From: Raillietiella orientalis
Taxonomy: Eukaryota
Length of the DNA: 64,000 nt
Reading direction: 5' to 3'
NCBI GenBank assembly: GCA_036172245.1
Contig: JAYWIR010000003.1
Coordinates: 1,550,001-1,614,000, forward strand
The notes below the pieces were generated by a model that searched no databases, was not told where the DNA came from, and worked only from the letters and a program-made list of their open reading frames with translations. This document shows positions 51,300 to 63,295 of this stretch, piece by piece (position 1 is the stretch's first letter; each line of letters starts with the position of its first letter). Made by a program: the position numbers and the translations under genes.

Positions 51300-52200
51300 T
51301 GCACGTGGTTAGATCACCGGTCCAGCTACAGAGATTATGAATGTTAATTGTTTTTCATGAAATAAGCGCCCCAGTGCGCCCGGAGTATAATCCAGTCCTC
51401 GGTCGCCTCTCAGAGTGGTCGGTTCTCCAGCGTTTAAAGAATGGAGAGTCCCACATGTTCGTGGGTACTCGCGCCGAAAGGTCGCCAGTGCAGTTAATTG
51501 CGGCTTTCGTTTCAGGGTGACACATTTTCCAGGCACGTACACGAGAGGGCAGAGGGTGCAGCTCCACCTCATGCAGCACTTTCTCTTCGTCTCGTTTAGA
51601 TGGTCATTTCGCAGGCAGCTGGAGCGAATCTTCCACTGCCACCTAAGCGCCTGCACCCTGCTCTTCATGACGGAACGGCGTTTTCTGGGTAGCTCCGAGA
51701 GCCTTTGAGATGAGAAGGGAAAAAACATCAATAGCCATGGGTGCTGGGCCGTCGAGCAAGCATCAGCAGCTCTTCCCTGACTGCAGCATGCATGAGGACG
51801 GACGCACCGAGTTCCTCTCGGTCGCAGGTGGGAACAGAATCTCCGAAGGGCGGAATCAGCACAGCCGACCTGCATCCATCTGCAGAGAAGCAACAGAATC
51901 GGAGCGGTGCAGCTGCAGCAGAGAGCCAATCCCGTCTTGGCCTTCAGGCAGCAAAGCCATGATTAGAAATCAGCAGGAATTCCAGGAGAGAGTCGCATGG
52001 GAGCCGCTGCTCCGGAGCTACAGCCAGCGCACGAGACGGAGGAAGGAAGTTCCCACTAGTCTCCTAGGCAACGACCTCCTCTCGAGCCAGTCGACCAGTC
52101 GCCTGCCTCTACCGCCGGAGCGGCTGTGATCAAACTCGTCATCTGCATTCCCGTGCGGCTTCCCCGTTTTCCCGGGAGGCCGCGCTCCGTGCCCGGAGGA
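51300..52200 (-). pseudogene. Possible degenerate L fragment (mid region)
   Basis: QLHRSDSVASL, LLMFFPF, ATFRREYP, GRLFHEKQLTFIISV in expected order; weak individually. Confidence 0.45.
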
Positions 52201-52479
52201 GCCGCGTTTTCGCATCCGCCCGCGTAACCGCGACCCCTAGCATACCCGCCCTCGTAGCAGCTTCCGGGGCTTCCGACTCGAAAGCGGGATCCGCACAGTC
52301 ATATTTTCTGGAACCTGACGCGCCCTACCGATTCAAAACATGTTGCTAGGAGACTCAGAAAATTAGCATCCCCGCAGCATCCGTTGAGTGACCACCTGCT
52401 CCAGGAGGGAAGAGAGATTTGAATTAGAAACATCTAATCCGGTCTCTGGCCCGCTTACCCGCTACGCATGCTGCGCCCT

Positions 52480-54860
52480 CTTTTCTTGTCACGACCTTCC
52501 CCTCTCGATCTTAAAAAAGCGGACTGGACCCTCGTCCGGTTCCAGGATGGTAAATTTCTCTTGCCGGAATGGACCGCAGTTTGGCATTTCTTCGTGGCTT
52601 CTCTCCTCCCCTCCTTGTGCACGTTGTTGACCTTGACCCTCGCCAAGAGGAGGGAACGGATTGAGGACCTCCTCAATGACGCCCCCTGGGGCAAAGGGAA
52701 GTCGCGCGTCCTTCTGAAAGACTTGCGTGTCACGCATTAGGATGGTGGATGTGAAGTCTAATCCTCAGGAAGGATGCAACCCTGGCTCCGGTTTAGGAGG
52801 ACAGGAACTGCAAGTCTCCTCTCCCAGAGGTGCGCAGGGGTGCACCAGACGGATTGATTTCGTTCCCCGCTGGCAGGCACCGACATCCGGCCACTGTGGG
52901 TGTCAGCTCCGGTGCTTGCTTGCCTTGGCAAAGAAACACACGTGGATCTCCTGCTCGTCTCCGCGATTCCTGGGAATGGGAAACCGCTTGTACGTGGACA
53001 AAGACGAGAGGTAGCCGCGGTGCCTGCGATTCCCCGGTCACAATGGCCTCCCGCTGCAGGAAGTGATTAAGCTCCTCAGGAAGATCCTCTTTGCCTCCAT
53101 CTTTCCGCGGCGCGTTGTCCTCTCCGAGGCAAGACCTGGGCAGCGGCACGCCAGCAAGGCAGGTCGTTGCCTGCAGCATCGAGGGAAGTTCGAAACCGCC
53201 CTCGATAAGTGGAGTACGCAGGAGCTAGCCGACAGGCTCCACCGGGTCCAACTGATGGAGGTTTCCCCAGAGCAGTTGGTGCTGGCCGCGATCCTTGCAG
53301 ACAGATCCGCCCTCTTCGACGTGTCAGGAGTCTGGCTCCTCGGATGATCACGCTGACTACTGTGCGACGCGCGCCGGCATCTCTGGACCCGGTGGAGCGC
53401 AGACTTTAACGGGTTACTGGAGCGGAGAGCGAGCACCCTGTTCGCTCCTCTCCGCAATGGTCCCTGAGGGAACGTCTAGCCGTGCGGATCCCCAAGGGAA
53501 ACTTTAAGGACGTTATCGAAGAGCCTATTCGTGGCCAGCGGCCCAGAGTTACCATACAACGTATCCAGGAATGGAGAAGAGGAGAATACCTACATCATTC
53601 TCGAGTACATCGGTATATAGAAATGATGCTAGGAAGATTCACCCATAGGACACGCAAAGTGTGGAAAAACAACAGCGACTTCTCCTGGTCCAGGGTGAAC
53701 GAGGAAAACCTCCAAAAACTAATAACCGAAGATGATAAAGATATCAGTGCCCTTCATGAAGCCGCCGATCGCTACGGGAGTGACAGGATCAACCTGTTAG
53801 CGATTGGCACGACGCTATGGAGGAGCGACCTTCCGCCGGACACCCAGGACAACCTCCTGATGTTCTATCATGGAGGAATCCTGTGTGGATCCAGATTTAA
53901 ATACTTTACTGGAAAACGGGAAGATGAAGACTGCCAGGCATGTGGAGACACGGACACGAGACTACATGTCTTGACGTTTCTCACATTGCTTCGAGACTGG
54001 CTGATCCTGAAAAGGATCACAGGAATGACCACCACCTTGGTGATGGAAATACTTGCCGGGATGTTTCAGGGAACTGGAAATGTTCCCTGCTACAACCCAA
54101 CGGTAAGAACCACCATTGCTCTCTTCATCACTGCTATACTTGTGCGGTGGTGGAAAATGAGGAAAGCCAGGAGAACCGCACCACCGATGGAGATTCTACA
54201 AGGATTAATCCAGAAGAAGATCGGCATCAGGAATTGTAGAAGACTCCAGGCCTGGACGTACCGTTACATCCTGAAGAGGATAGAGCACGACACCCAGGCA
54301 ACAACACCGAGGAACCCACCCTGAGTGCAGAACTTATGAAACCCGAAACAGATTTCTAAGTGAAAGTATGTTAAAACAGTGAAATTGTAGCTTTTAGAAG
54401 GAAATAAACTTACCGTACCACCTTGTGGGACTTGGGGAAAATCGAAGAGCCTCTTCGCGCGCGACGCCCAGCCGCCAGCTGCTTGCTGCCTCTGAGGAAT
54501 TCTAAGGCGCCCCAGAAAGAGGCGAAGACACCAGGGACGCCATCCACTTGGCCTATCACTTCCTGAAGATGACGATGGGATGGACTCATCTGGGTAGCAT
54601 GCAGCTCCAGAACCTGCTAGCATCAACTGGAACGATGCAGAAAACGCCATCCAGCAGAACCTGATCGCCTCCCAAATCCCTAAATTTTTTTCCATTCCTA
54701 CCTTTTTTTTTTATTGATTTTTCAGTTTGTGTTACTTTTTTGTTGTTTCCCCTCTGCTCAGGGGATCGTGGTACGGCCGAGGGTTCTACCTCCACCTCCG
54801 CACGCTTCTCCATCTTCAAACCCTCTCCCCCGCCTCAGCAGATCGCAACATGGTGGCTGC
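52480..54860 (+). mobile_element. LINE ORF2 C-terminal fragment, interrupted at ~53500-54430 by a second LINE family
   Basis: GKFLLPEWTAVWHFFVA, WGKGKSRVLLKDL; resumes after ~54440 with LFARD and RDAIHLA, then T-rich UTR. Confidence 0.8.
53500..54410 (+). mobile_element. Distinct, younger L1/Tx1-like LINE 3' fragment with open ORF2 C-terminus (zf-RVT)
   Basis: 280-aa ORF 53482-54324: LWRSDLPP..LMFYHGGILCGSRF..CQACGDTDTRLHVL; A-rich composition unlike the flanking family; AATAAA at 54403-54408. Confidence 0.8.
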
Positions 54861-56236
54861 TCTACGGAGCACAATATTCCGGTTGGAGAGCAGGTCGTCT
54901 ACGGACGATTGGATACCTTCCCATTTGCCAGAGTAGGACGCTCGACACGATCCGGACGACGAAAGGGCGCACCGACGCTGACTGAGTAGCTCCTCGAGGA
55001 CGCCCTGCGCATTGCACCGAAAGGGCGCCGGGTTTTCGCTCGTCGGGAGCTTGACGGAGGCGGTAGGACCCGTCCCTGAAGAACGAAAGAAACGTACCAG
55101 CACTCTCAAGCCACCCGAACTACGCCGGAGGCGTGACGGTGTCGTCTCTCTCGAGAGGAACGAACTGCCTTCGACACGTTCAGGCAACATCCGGCAACGG
55201 ACGATGTCTTCTCTCCTCTGATCGTACGACAGAGAACGCACCCCAAATGTCCAAACCCGCGCATCTCTCGTAATCAGCAGCGCGTTTTCACCTCAACGGC
55301 CATCCATCAGAAGGATAAAACTACGTCGCGATTCGCTGCTTCCGAAGAGAGATGGATCGTTCTCGATGCCTCTGGACAAATTCCGCGGGTTCTCGAGTCA
55401 GGATTCGTGTGCGGAGTCACCTTGGCTTCCCGAATGGCTGGATCCCTGAGGTCAGCACCGTTGCTGGCTCCTCCTCCGTAACTGAAGCAATTGCGTGGCA
55501 CTTCCGGCTGAACAGTCTCCTCGAACCTACGAACGCGCTGCCCTTCTGGACGCGCGGACGCCACCGTCCGCTATTCCTCTCTTTCTGCAAACGATCGCGC
55601 CGGGTAGTGCAGAGTGAGGCATACGCAGGTGTTGCGAAGGACCTCAGGTTTAGCGCACGCTTCCCTCACCTGCAGACGCGTTGTCACGGTGCGTCCCATC
55701 CGTCAAGCAATCTCCTGCTGCATCGGGGAGGAGGGAGAGGAATTCGGTGCATTTTCCCTACTTCGGTCTGTCGTCCTCCAACCTGCCACGCATGCTCCGC
55801 CCTTTCCCGACAGAAGCGATCATGTTCTGCTGCTTCCTTCCTGCGAGCGAGCTTGGGCGCTGAGCGCTCCCGCACGCCTACGCGGCCGCCATGGTCAACG
55901 CGTGGGGAGGTATGGTCGCCGCCGCGAAGCGCGCTGCGGTCGTGGCGTGCCTTTCTGCGGGTCACAGGGCGAGCGCAGGAACCTTCGCGAGGGTGGTTGC
56001 CGCCGCTGTTGTGCTGTGCGCCGTGCCGCGGGGGCGCGAGCGCGGCGCGCCTTTCTCGTTCTCGCTTCTTCGCCTCGGCTGCCGTGCCCGCTGGCATGCG
56101 TGACCGGACGGGTTTGCCTCCTCGCGCACGTGCGCCAGCACGCCGTTGTGGCGCTTCGTCTCGATGACCCGCCCGCGATCGCGGCGGCGGCATCGATGGC
56201 TTCTTGCCCGTTTTGCCGAGATGACAAAGGCGCATG
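54860..56236 (+). pseudogene. Best-preserved phenuivirus-like L fragment
   Basis: ATDD (motif C), YVAI, then in ORF 55352-56167 IPEVSTVA (recalled LPEVETLVA), SSVTE (TSVTE), RPLFLSFCK, AYAGVAKDLRF (AFAGGAGFRF), then in ORF 55891-56103 VVACLSAGH..ARVVAAAVVL. Confidence 0.8.
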
Positions 56237-56675
56237 TTCTAGTTTCACCGTACAAGGCCGGATCCCCTTTCTTATGGGAACTCCTGAAAAGTCAGCGTTT
56301 AGGTGGTGTTTGTGTGGTCTGAGTGCGGCTGTTTAAGGGCAGAAATGCCCGAAGACGTCGCTACTACGGCGAAGGGGGACGAGCGAGCTTCGTCTCCTCA
56401 AACCCATGGATGGGGGGGCCATCTCCATCACGGAATCGTCCCCCACTCTGGCAAGGGTTTGGAGTGCGGTGGTGGCGGCGCCTGCGCCGCCACCTTCCGA
56501 GGAACAGCGAGCATACCAGACCGACCGGTACAACCCGGCCCTGCTCTACAAGGTGGGTGGCCAATATTCTCCCGCTATTGTGCTGTCGTTCGCCGCGGAA
56601 TTTAAAAAGGTCAACATACCCGAGGACGAGGTGTTCGGCCTGTCCATTCGAAGTAGGGGGCAGCTCGTTGAGTTA
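56237..56675 (+). mobile_element. LINE 5' UTR and ORF1 N-terminus
   Basis: MPEDVA..ASSP..ARVWSAVVAAP..EQRAYQTDRYNPALLYKV..EDEVFGLS..QLVEL aligns with the - strand ORF1 at 56680-57920. Confidence 0.75.
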
Positions 56676-56679
56676 AAGC

Positions 56680-57920
56680 TTGAGTTGCAGCTTTTTCTTG
56701 TTTTCTCCGGTCGCAGTATTCTCCGTATTTTTTACAACTTTTCTTCTGTTTTTTCTCGTTTTTGGCCTTCACAAGCTGCCAGCCCTTTTCTTCTCCCACG
56801 TCTTCGGAAGGATTCTTCTCTGACGTCTGTTGGGGAGTTACGGGCACTGGCTGCTTCGGCCGGCCATTTTCTGATCTTTGTTTTCCGATTTTCCCGTGCG
56901 TCTGGCCTGTGCCTTTTTAGCGGCCGGGGGAATCGGGATGAGGCATTTCGGGGTGAAAACACGACGGACGTGGCCCTTCTCCCCGCACATGTAGCACTCT
57001 ATGTTAGGGTACCTCTTGCGGAGATGTCCTACTGCATCGCAGTAGCCACAATAACGTGGCTTTCCCACATACCAGAAGTCGACCGACTCGTTCGTGACCT
57101 CGAGTTTGTGGGGGAGCTTACCTTCTTCCTTAATGGTGACGCGTGCTGAGGCCATGCCCCCGAAAAGGCCTCCGCAGCCCTCAGAGATCGTGGGCTTCGG
57201 CCACAGCGCGTGTACATCGCCATACTTTCGCAATTCCTCACTAACCGCAGAGAGAGACATGCGGTTAGTGATTCCTGTCAAATGGACCACTACCGAGTGG
57301 TCCATTTGACACCGGGAAGATCTTACGGTCGTCCATGATCAACGGGGTGTTAATCAGAAGCTGAGCCAGGCTGATGTCTTTACACACCAGCTCAACGCGC
57401 TGTGCCCCGCTGAGCACGGACAGACCGTCAAGATCTTCCTCTCGCACACTGATCTCTTGCAACGCTCTGCTGAAAGAGCGTGCCGCCCTGCCGTCAAATA
57501 AAGGGTCTACCTTTTATACAAGCAATGGCTTGTATCCTGTAGCCCTATAGACGGCTTGTTCGGCCTAAACTTCCGCGCTGGGTGCGGCGACCATGGCGCT
57601 CCAGCTCCTCGCTGGTGGCGAAGAGGATCCTGGGACAGATGCCCCAATCTCTGCAGGTTGTGGGGGGGAACTTGCCTCCCCCACACCTACCTCCATTGCG
57701 GTGTCCTCTGGCAAAGCTGCCATCGGACACCGACGATCCACACTACACACCACACAAAAGAAAAGAAAGCACCTTTCCAAGGACTCGTTCACGGAGCGCC
57801 TGAAAAGCCTGTCCGCCCAAACCAGGTTTCGGCGAAGGGCCCGGAAAATTCCGAGTCTGACGCTGAAGCCGGGAACTCATCCTCCGTTGCGTTGCCAAAG
57901 AGGAAATAGCACGTAAACCG
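56680..57920 (-). mobile_element. LINE ORF1 (gag-like, two CCHC-type zinc knuckles), frameshifted, with 5' UTR
   Basis: ARSWSAMVAAP, VVVHLTGI..EELRKYGDV, FWYVGKPRYCGYCDAVGH..CYMCGEKGH, GWQLVK; typical L1/Tx1 ORF1 layout. Confidence 0.88.
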
Positions 57921-59976
57921 AGAGTTCCCAGGCGTGCTGTCCCTTCTCAGGCGGAGAAGGGAATGTCATCTGGCAGCGAGGAGGAACCGGTGTGTGTTGC
58001 ACCATGCGACTCCGCTCCTGAGAGCATCCTGTGCAACCTGCTAACACAGTCCTCTTCCAACGGCATGCGCGCAACTGAAGAGTTAGGTGCTGAGAGCATA
58101 CAGGGAAACTTTGATAACCCTGCCGAGCTCGTGTGCCGGCACGCCTGCCTTGTCGGCCTATGCAGGCGATCTTCTGCTGCTGCTCCCCGGGTCTACCCCG
58201 GCGTGTGCGCTCGAGGATTTCTTCGAGTTGCTACGCCGCGGGACCAGCCTGGAAGTGGACAGGGCGAAGTCGTCCATCGTTTATGTCGGCTCGGCGTGGG
58301 CTGGACGGTCGGACTGGATCCGCTTGCGGATCCCTACGAGCAGGTGCTTCAAGTACCTTGGCATTCCGTTAGGGGACTTCTGCTTGTCAGAAGCCTGGTC
58401 CGACCGTCCCTAAAAGGCATCGTTGGAGATCGGCCCGTTCCACGAAGGCAAGTTTTACTTGCAGGAACGGGCCGCGGTGTGGAAAGCGTTCGCGGTCCCC
58501 TCCTTCGCCCCCTGCTTTTTGTTTGCTCTGCCCCTCCTATCATCCGGAAGCGAGCAGTGGGCCACCTAAGGACAGCCCTGTGGTGCAAAGGGAGGTCGCG
58601 TGCGGTTAAAAGACTTGTGCGCTCCACGTAGGGACGGTGGACTTGGCCTCCCCACGTTGGAGCGCATGGAGCTTCAGCTCCGATTTCGGACTCTCGCCCG
58701 CGCCTTTCGGACTTGTAGGATACGCCTTGGTGCGTTCCAGCATGCCTCTGGGCACAACGAGTCTCCGGATTTGGCGGGCTCTCGTCGTTCCTAATGTCAC
58801 GACCTCAGGATAAAGCAATGCGACCCTCAGCTGCGTCTCATGGCCGTTGTGGTTAGGGAGAATGCCTGGATCTTTTGCCTCCCCGGGAACTACTCCGCAT
58901 GGCTGCAGGAGTCAGTCTCCACGTGTGAAAAGATCCACGTCCCGAGCGGAACCAAGAATACTTGCCTGTGTAGGTTAGCTTGCTGGACGCTGCAGGAAGT
59001 CGTGCAATCCCACGACAAACTGCTGTGGGCCCTGATTACCCCCCCTTGCCACAGTGCCGCTCTTCCTTGTGAACTCTAGGGACAGCAACGAGCAGGGAAA
59101 GTGGAGATTGTTCTGCATCATTGACGTCAGGAACCAACTGATCAAGGCGTAGACACCTCGGCAGCTAGCGGACGCTGCGACCCCGAGTGTCACGCCCAAC
59201 GGACTTTCACGCTGGAGCGAGCTACTCAGCCTTCCCCGGAGGAGCTGGAGTGGCCCCCAGCTTCTTGGAATAGTGGCTCTCTCCCCATGAAGTGGCAGGA
59301 GGTGGCGTTGCTCGTCTTGCATTGGGGACTCCCGTGCAAAGCACGTCTCACTCACTGGACACGTGGAAGTGTGGGTGCCCAGTGTGACCGGTTCGGGGAG
59401 AAAGAGACATTCCCCCACCTTCTGGTAGACTGCATTGCCCTCCTCCCCCTCGGTGATCGTCTTGCGACGATCCTGAATATTCGCGGAGGCACCCACAGGG
59501 ACATTTTCACGCGTCTCTTCTCGCGTGACGGCTTGCCCTTGGCCGCGTCTGTGGCAGTCTTGTGCTGCATTCGTGGAATTGTACCGGCATGGTACGCGTC
59601 AATAAGAAGAGGCGAGCATGGCAGGGATGCCATCCACTGGACAGGCATCTTTGTGCGTAACATCTCCAGGTGGCCCCACCTGGACTCAAGAAGAACTCAG
59701 CTTGCTGAGATCCTGAATAGGATCTAGAGGGCCTATCTGCGCGCACTGTGATCCCTTTTCTGCCCTCCCCACCTTTAAACATATCTGCCCACGTTTGATC
59801 TTTTTGTTTCTTTTCGTTCCCTCCTCCCTACCCCCGCGCGTCGGATGGACCTCGTTGGTCTTGCACCGGCAACCAGCAAGCTGTCATGAAGTGGTGAGCC
59901 TTTGGGTTCACCACACGAAAATATAATTGCCCTTTTACTTGTCTCAAATTAATGCCCCGGCATATCCGGGTGTTAA
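57920..59976 (+). mobile_element. LINE RT C-half, zf-RVT and 3' end
   Basis: SAYAGDLLLL, FKYLGIP, LCAPRRDGGLGLP, KWQEVALLVLHWGLPCKAR..PHLLVDC; terminal CCCGG-N5-CCGGG; 14-bp TSD 56223-56236 / 59977-59990. Confidence 0.92.
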
Positions 59977-61000
59977 GACGAAGGCGCATGCACTCACGTT
60001 CTTGCGCCCACGAATGCGGCGCGTCCGAGGAGAGACTCGTCGTGCATTCCGTTTGCTCCGAGGACCGGTCGGGCACAGGGCTCTAGCGCGGGTAGATCTC
60101 TTGCGCGGCGGAGTGGAGGAGAAGCTGCCACGATAGCCCTCTCTGTCAACTGGAGCGCGCTGCAGTTTTCGAGTGGCAACGCGACTGGGGTGCTGACGCG
60201 CGGCTGGACGCAGCTTCACTCTGTGCGACCACGGTCGCCGTCGCACGCGGCGTCTTGGATGGGCCAGGAACCGGAACGGCCTTGGAGATGCTTCCGGGGC
60301 ACCTCAGGCGACGTGCAAGAGGCGTGCGCGCAGCTGCCGTAGCCGTGGCGGTCCCGAGCTTTCCTTTCATGCGGATCCGTTCCCTGATGTTGCGAGACAG
60401 GGAGGAGTGGCTGCCTTTCCTTGAAAGGGGAGCAGAGAGCTCGTGAAGGACAGTTGTCGGCACTTCTCGGAGGGTCCTAGGAAAGGTGGGGTGTAAGTTT
60501 GTCAAGTTCCTAGGTGGGACAAGGTTCTCAGGGGGAGGGGTCACTCGCTGCGGTGAGGTGCGCAGCTTTCGGTAGCTCGGATGGAGCGAGGTGGGGAGAT
60601 GCTGCTGCGAGCTTCTCTCCCGGCGGTCGGAGGACGAAGGGATCTCGCTGCGATAGTCCGCTGATGCGTCCAGCAGCGCCAATGGTCGCCTCTTTGGGTC
60701 TTACGTCGTTTTCTTACTGTGCGGCCACGCGGCGGGCTTCCTGGGTGTTCGCGCTGCGGTGCAATCTAGTCGAGGAAGCGCCGGAACCTCTTCCTGCGTG
60801 TCCGGCAGCGCCGCGACGCGCAGCTCAGTCTGTGCGAATTAACGCGGATGCCGAGCTGCCTGCATGTGTGGGAGGTCGGCAAGAAGAGAGCAACACGGCG
60901 CGGCTCCAACCGCCCCGAGGGGAGCCTTCGCTCACGTTCGAGGCACTGGGAGTTTTGCAAGGCGATCAGCACCGGAAACTTGTGTACTTGGTGTGAAGCT
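59977..61000 (+). pseudogene. Degenerate L fragment (motif A to RQEE region)
   Basis: EWLPFLERG, CELLSRRSEDEGISL (motif C), AAGFLGV, AQSVR..LPACVGGRQEESN (recalled TQHVRPTIRWIAAC..ARQEEASN), LQGDQHRKLVY. Confidence 0.72.
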
Positions 61001-61559
61001 CTTTCGTGCTTTGAAAAGGCAAGGTTTGGACTTTGTCCAGGTCATAGAAGCATATGGATTAAAGCGATACACGCTTTTCATTTTTCGAATATGTATTTTT
61101 CGAATATACATCCCCGAAGCACTACAACCCTCATTTAGAACGCGAGACAAAGCCTTAGTGATCTCTGTCGTCCCGGAAGGGAGGAGCAGCCGCTCTTCGA
61201 TCATGGTCGTCCACGAAGGGACCGGTACGCGCAACGTCATTTTGAACATCCTCGAGTTCATGGAGTTCGTCAGACACAGGCTTCCATTGGTAATCATTAA
61301 CATCAGCGTACTTATCATCGAACTGCTTCAATTTGTCCTTCGACAAGGGATTACGGTCTACTTTACGATGCAGCTGATCTGAAGTGTACGAAAGTGAGGT
61401 CAACGAAAACTTGAGAAATGGACCTTTACTTAGAATGGGGTCTGCACGCTCCCGAATTCCGTCCTTTTCTTCGCTTTTTTCCAAAAGCACCTTGTTGCTG
61501 CTTTGTGCTCCATCAGACACCACGAATGCGGTCACCGCTAAAGAAAGGCAGGCTTTTTT

Positions 61560-63295
61560 TTTTTTCTGGGAGGAAGGGATGGCGAGAAGGGTCACTCTCT
61601 CAAAACAGCGATCTCATGTACAATCTTCACATCGCGCAGACCGGGAACGGACGACTTTGAAATGTCCCGAAATAAGGATTCCCGCAAAAAAAAAGAAAAG
61701 CAAGAAGGACATGAAAAAGTGGAAGGCGGAAGAACAGGAAGACGAAAAACAGGAAGACACTAGTCCTTTGGGGCTCGAGGGCTGGAGGAGGGTACGTGCT
61801 GAAGCCTCTTCGTGTCTTTGTGCGTTCGAGAAAAGTCTACTGTTCAGACAGAAAGCGGAAGTGCGCTTCCCATACTTTGGGAAGCGTCGAAGAAGCGATC
61901 CGCATCCCCACTTTCAAGCGCTTACCTGAGACGAGCAGCAATCCCAAAATTAACAGAGCGTATGACCTCATCCCGGAAAGAGTCGATGCCTGTGCGAGTC
62001 AAGTCGATGCCTTAACGACCCCGTCTACAGGAAGTAATCCTGCTTTTATACGCGCCGCGCTCTTGAGAAGAGCACTTGCGTACGAAGAGCTATTCGTGAT
62101 GACAAAGAATCTATCAACATGCTCACGTGAGAAATGCGTACTGCTTGCGTCGAAGAACTAATCTTCCTCAGCTTGTTGATCAGTTTTCAAGATTCAGAGG
62201 ACTTAAAGGTTCTCGGGTAACGTCGTGCCGTTTGCTGCATTTCCGATGATCCTCTTCAAAGTCATGCCAACGACGAAACCAAAAGTCACATGGCGCCTTC
62301 GAGTCTTTAAGATTCAGTCTTCTCGGTTTCCTCTCGGATGAAAATTTCTTCTCTCGTTTCTTACAGGACGTGTCGACCGAGTTCCCAAAGAGCAACGTTC
62401 CTGGAGCTACCAACCGAGAGTCAGACCGAGGAGCTCTTCGAGGTTTGTAAGATATCTTTCCGGATCGGTTTCCTATCTAGAAAAGCAAGCAGAACGAAAG
62501 AGGAAGCTGAGATTCGATCCACTACTTTCCCCTCTCACTGGGGTGACACGAGGGTGGAGATGAGCGTGGCGCGGCATGGAGTTTCGGGGTACACGCAACT
62601 CGGTGCGAGGGACGCCTTTCCAACGCAACGCTCGTTGCGGACGACCGCGGGCGTGCTGCAACACCGAGCTGCAACCAGAGAGTCAGCAGGCGTTTGCAGG
62701 AATGTAGGTGTGGGTCCTGCGCGAGAGTTAATGGTGGAGAGGTCACCATTGCTGCTCGATCCCGCGAATGCTGCTTCACCTCCCATGGAGATGTTCATCT
62801 GCTGCGCATCTTGAAAGAAGCATCGGTCTGCAGAGTAGTCTGACTAAGGAACCTGCAGGCCAACTCCCGCTCGAGTCCTTGAGCTTCATCAGCAGAAGGT
62901 TTTGGAGGTAGAAAGAGGCCATCAGCAATGACTGCTTTGCATCTTCGAATGGACTGGGCTGCAATAAGAAAGCGATTTGCAGGACAATTCGAATTTCGAG
63001 CAAGCGGAGATTCGAATTGCCCTGAGGCTTATGATATATCACATAATGTTAGAGTTAGTTTCAGGGTTCTCTTGTGCCGCTAAGTTCCTGAAGCAGATCT
63101 TCACTCGAGATGACCAATACTTTATAACATAGTCAGACAGCATCGAAAATCTCCCGCCACCATATTTGCTGGAAATCAGAAAACCAATGTCCAAAATTCC
63201 TTCGCAGATTCAGAATGTGCTTTTCTTTTGGCTCGTGGAGAGTGATAATTTCTATGCCACTACTCGAAACTACAAGATGGAAAGAAAGAGATCAA
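61560..63295 (+). pseudogene. Degenerate L fragment, duplicate of 38560-40310
   Basis: Reverse-complement near-identity to 38560-40310. Confidence 0.6.
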
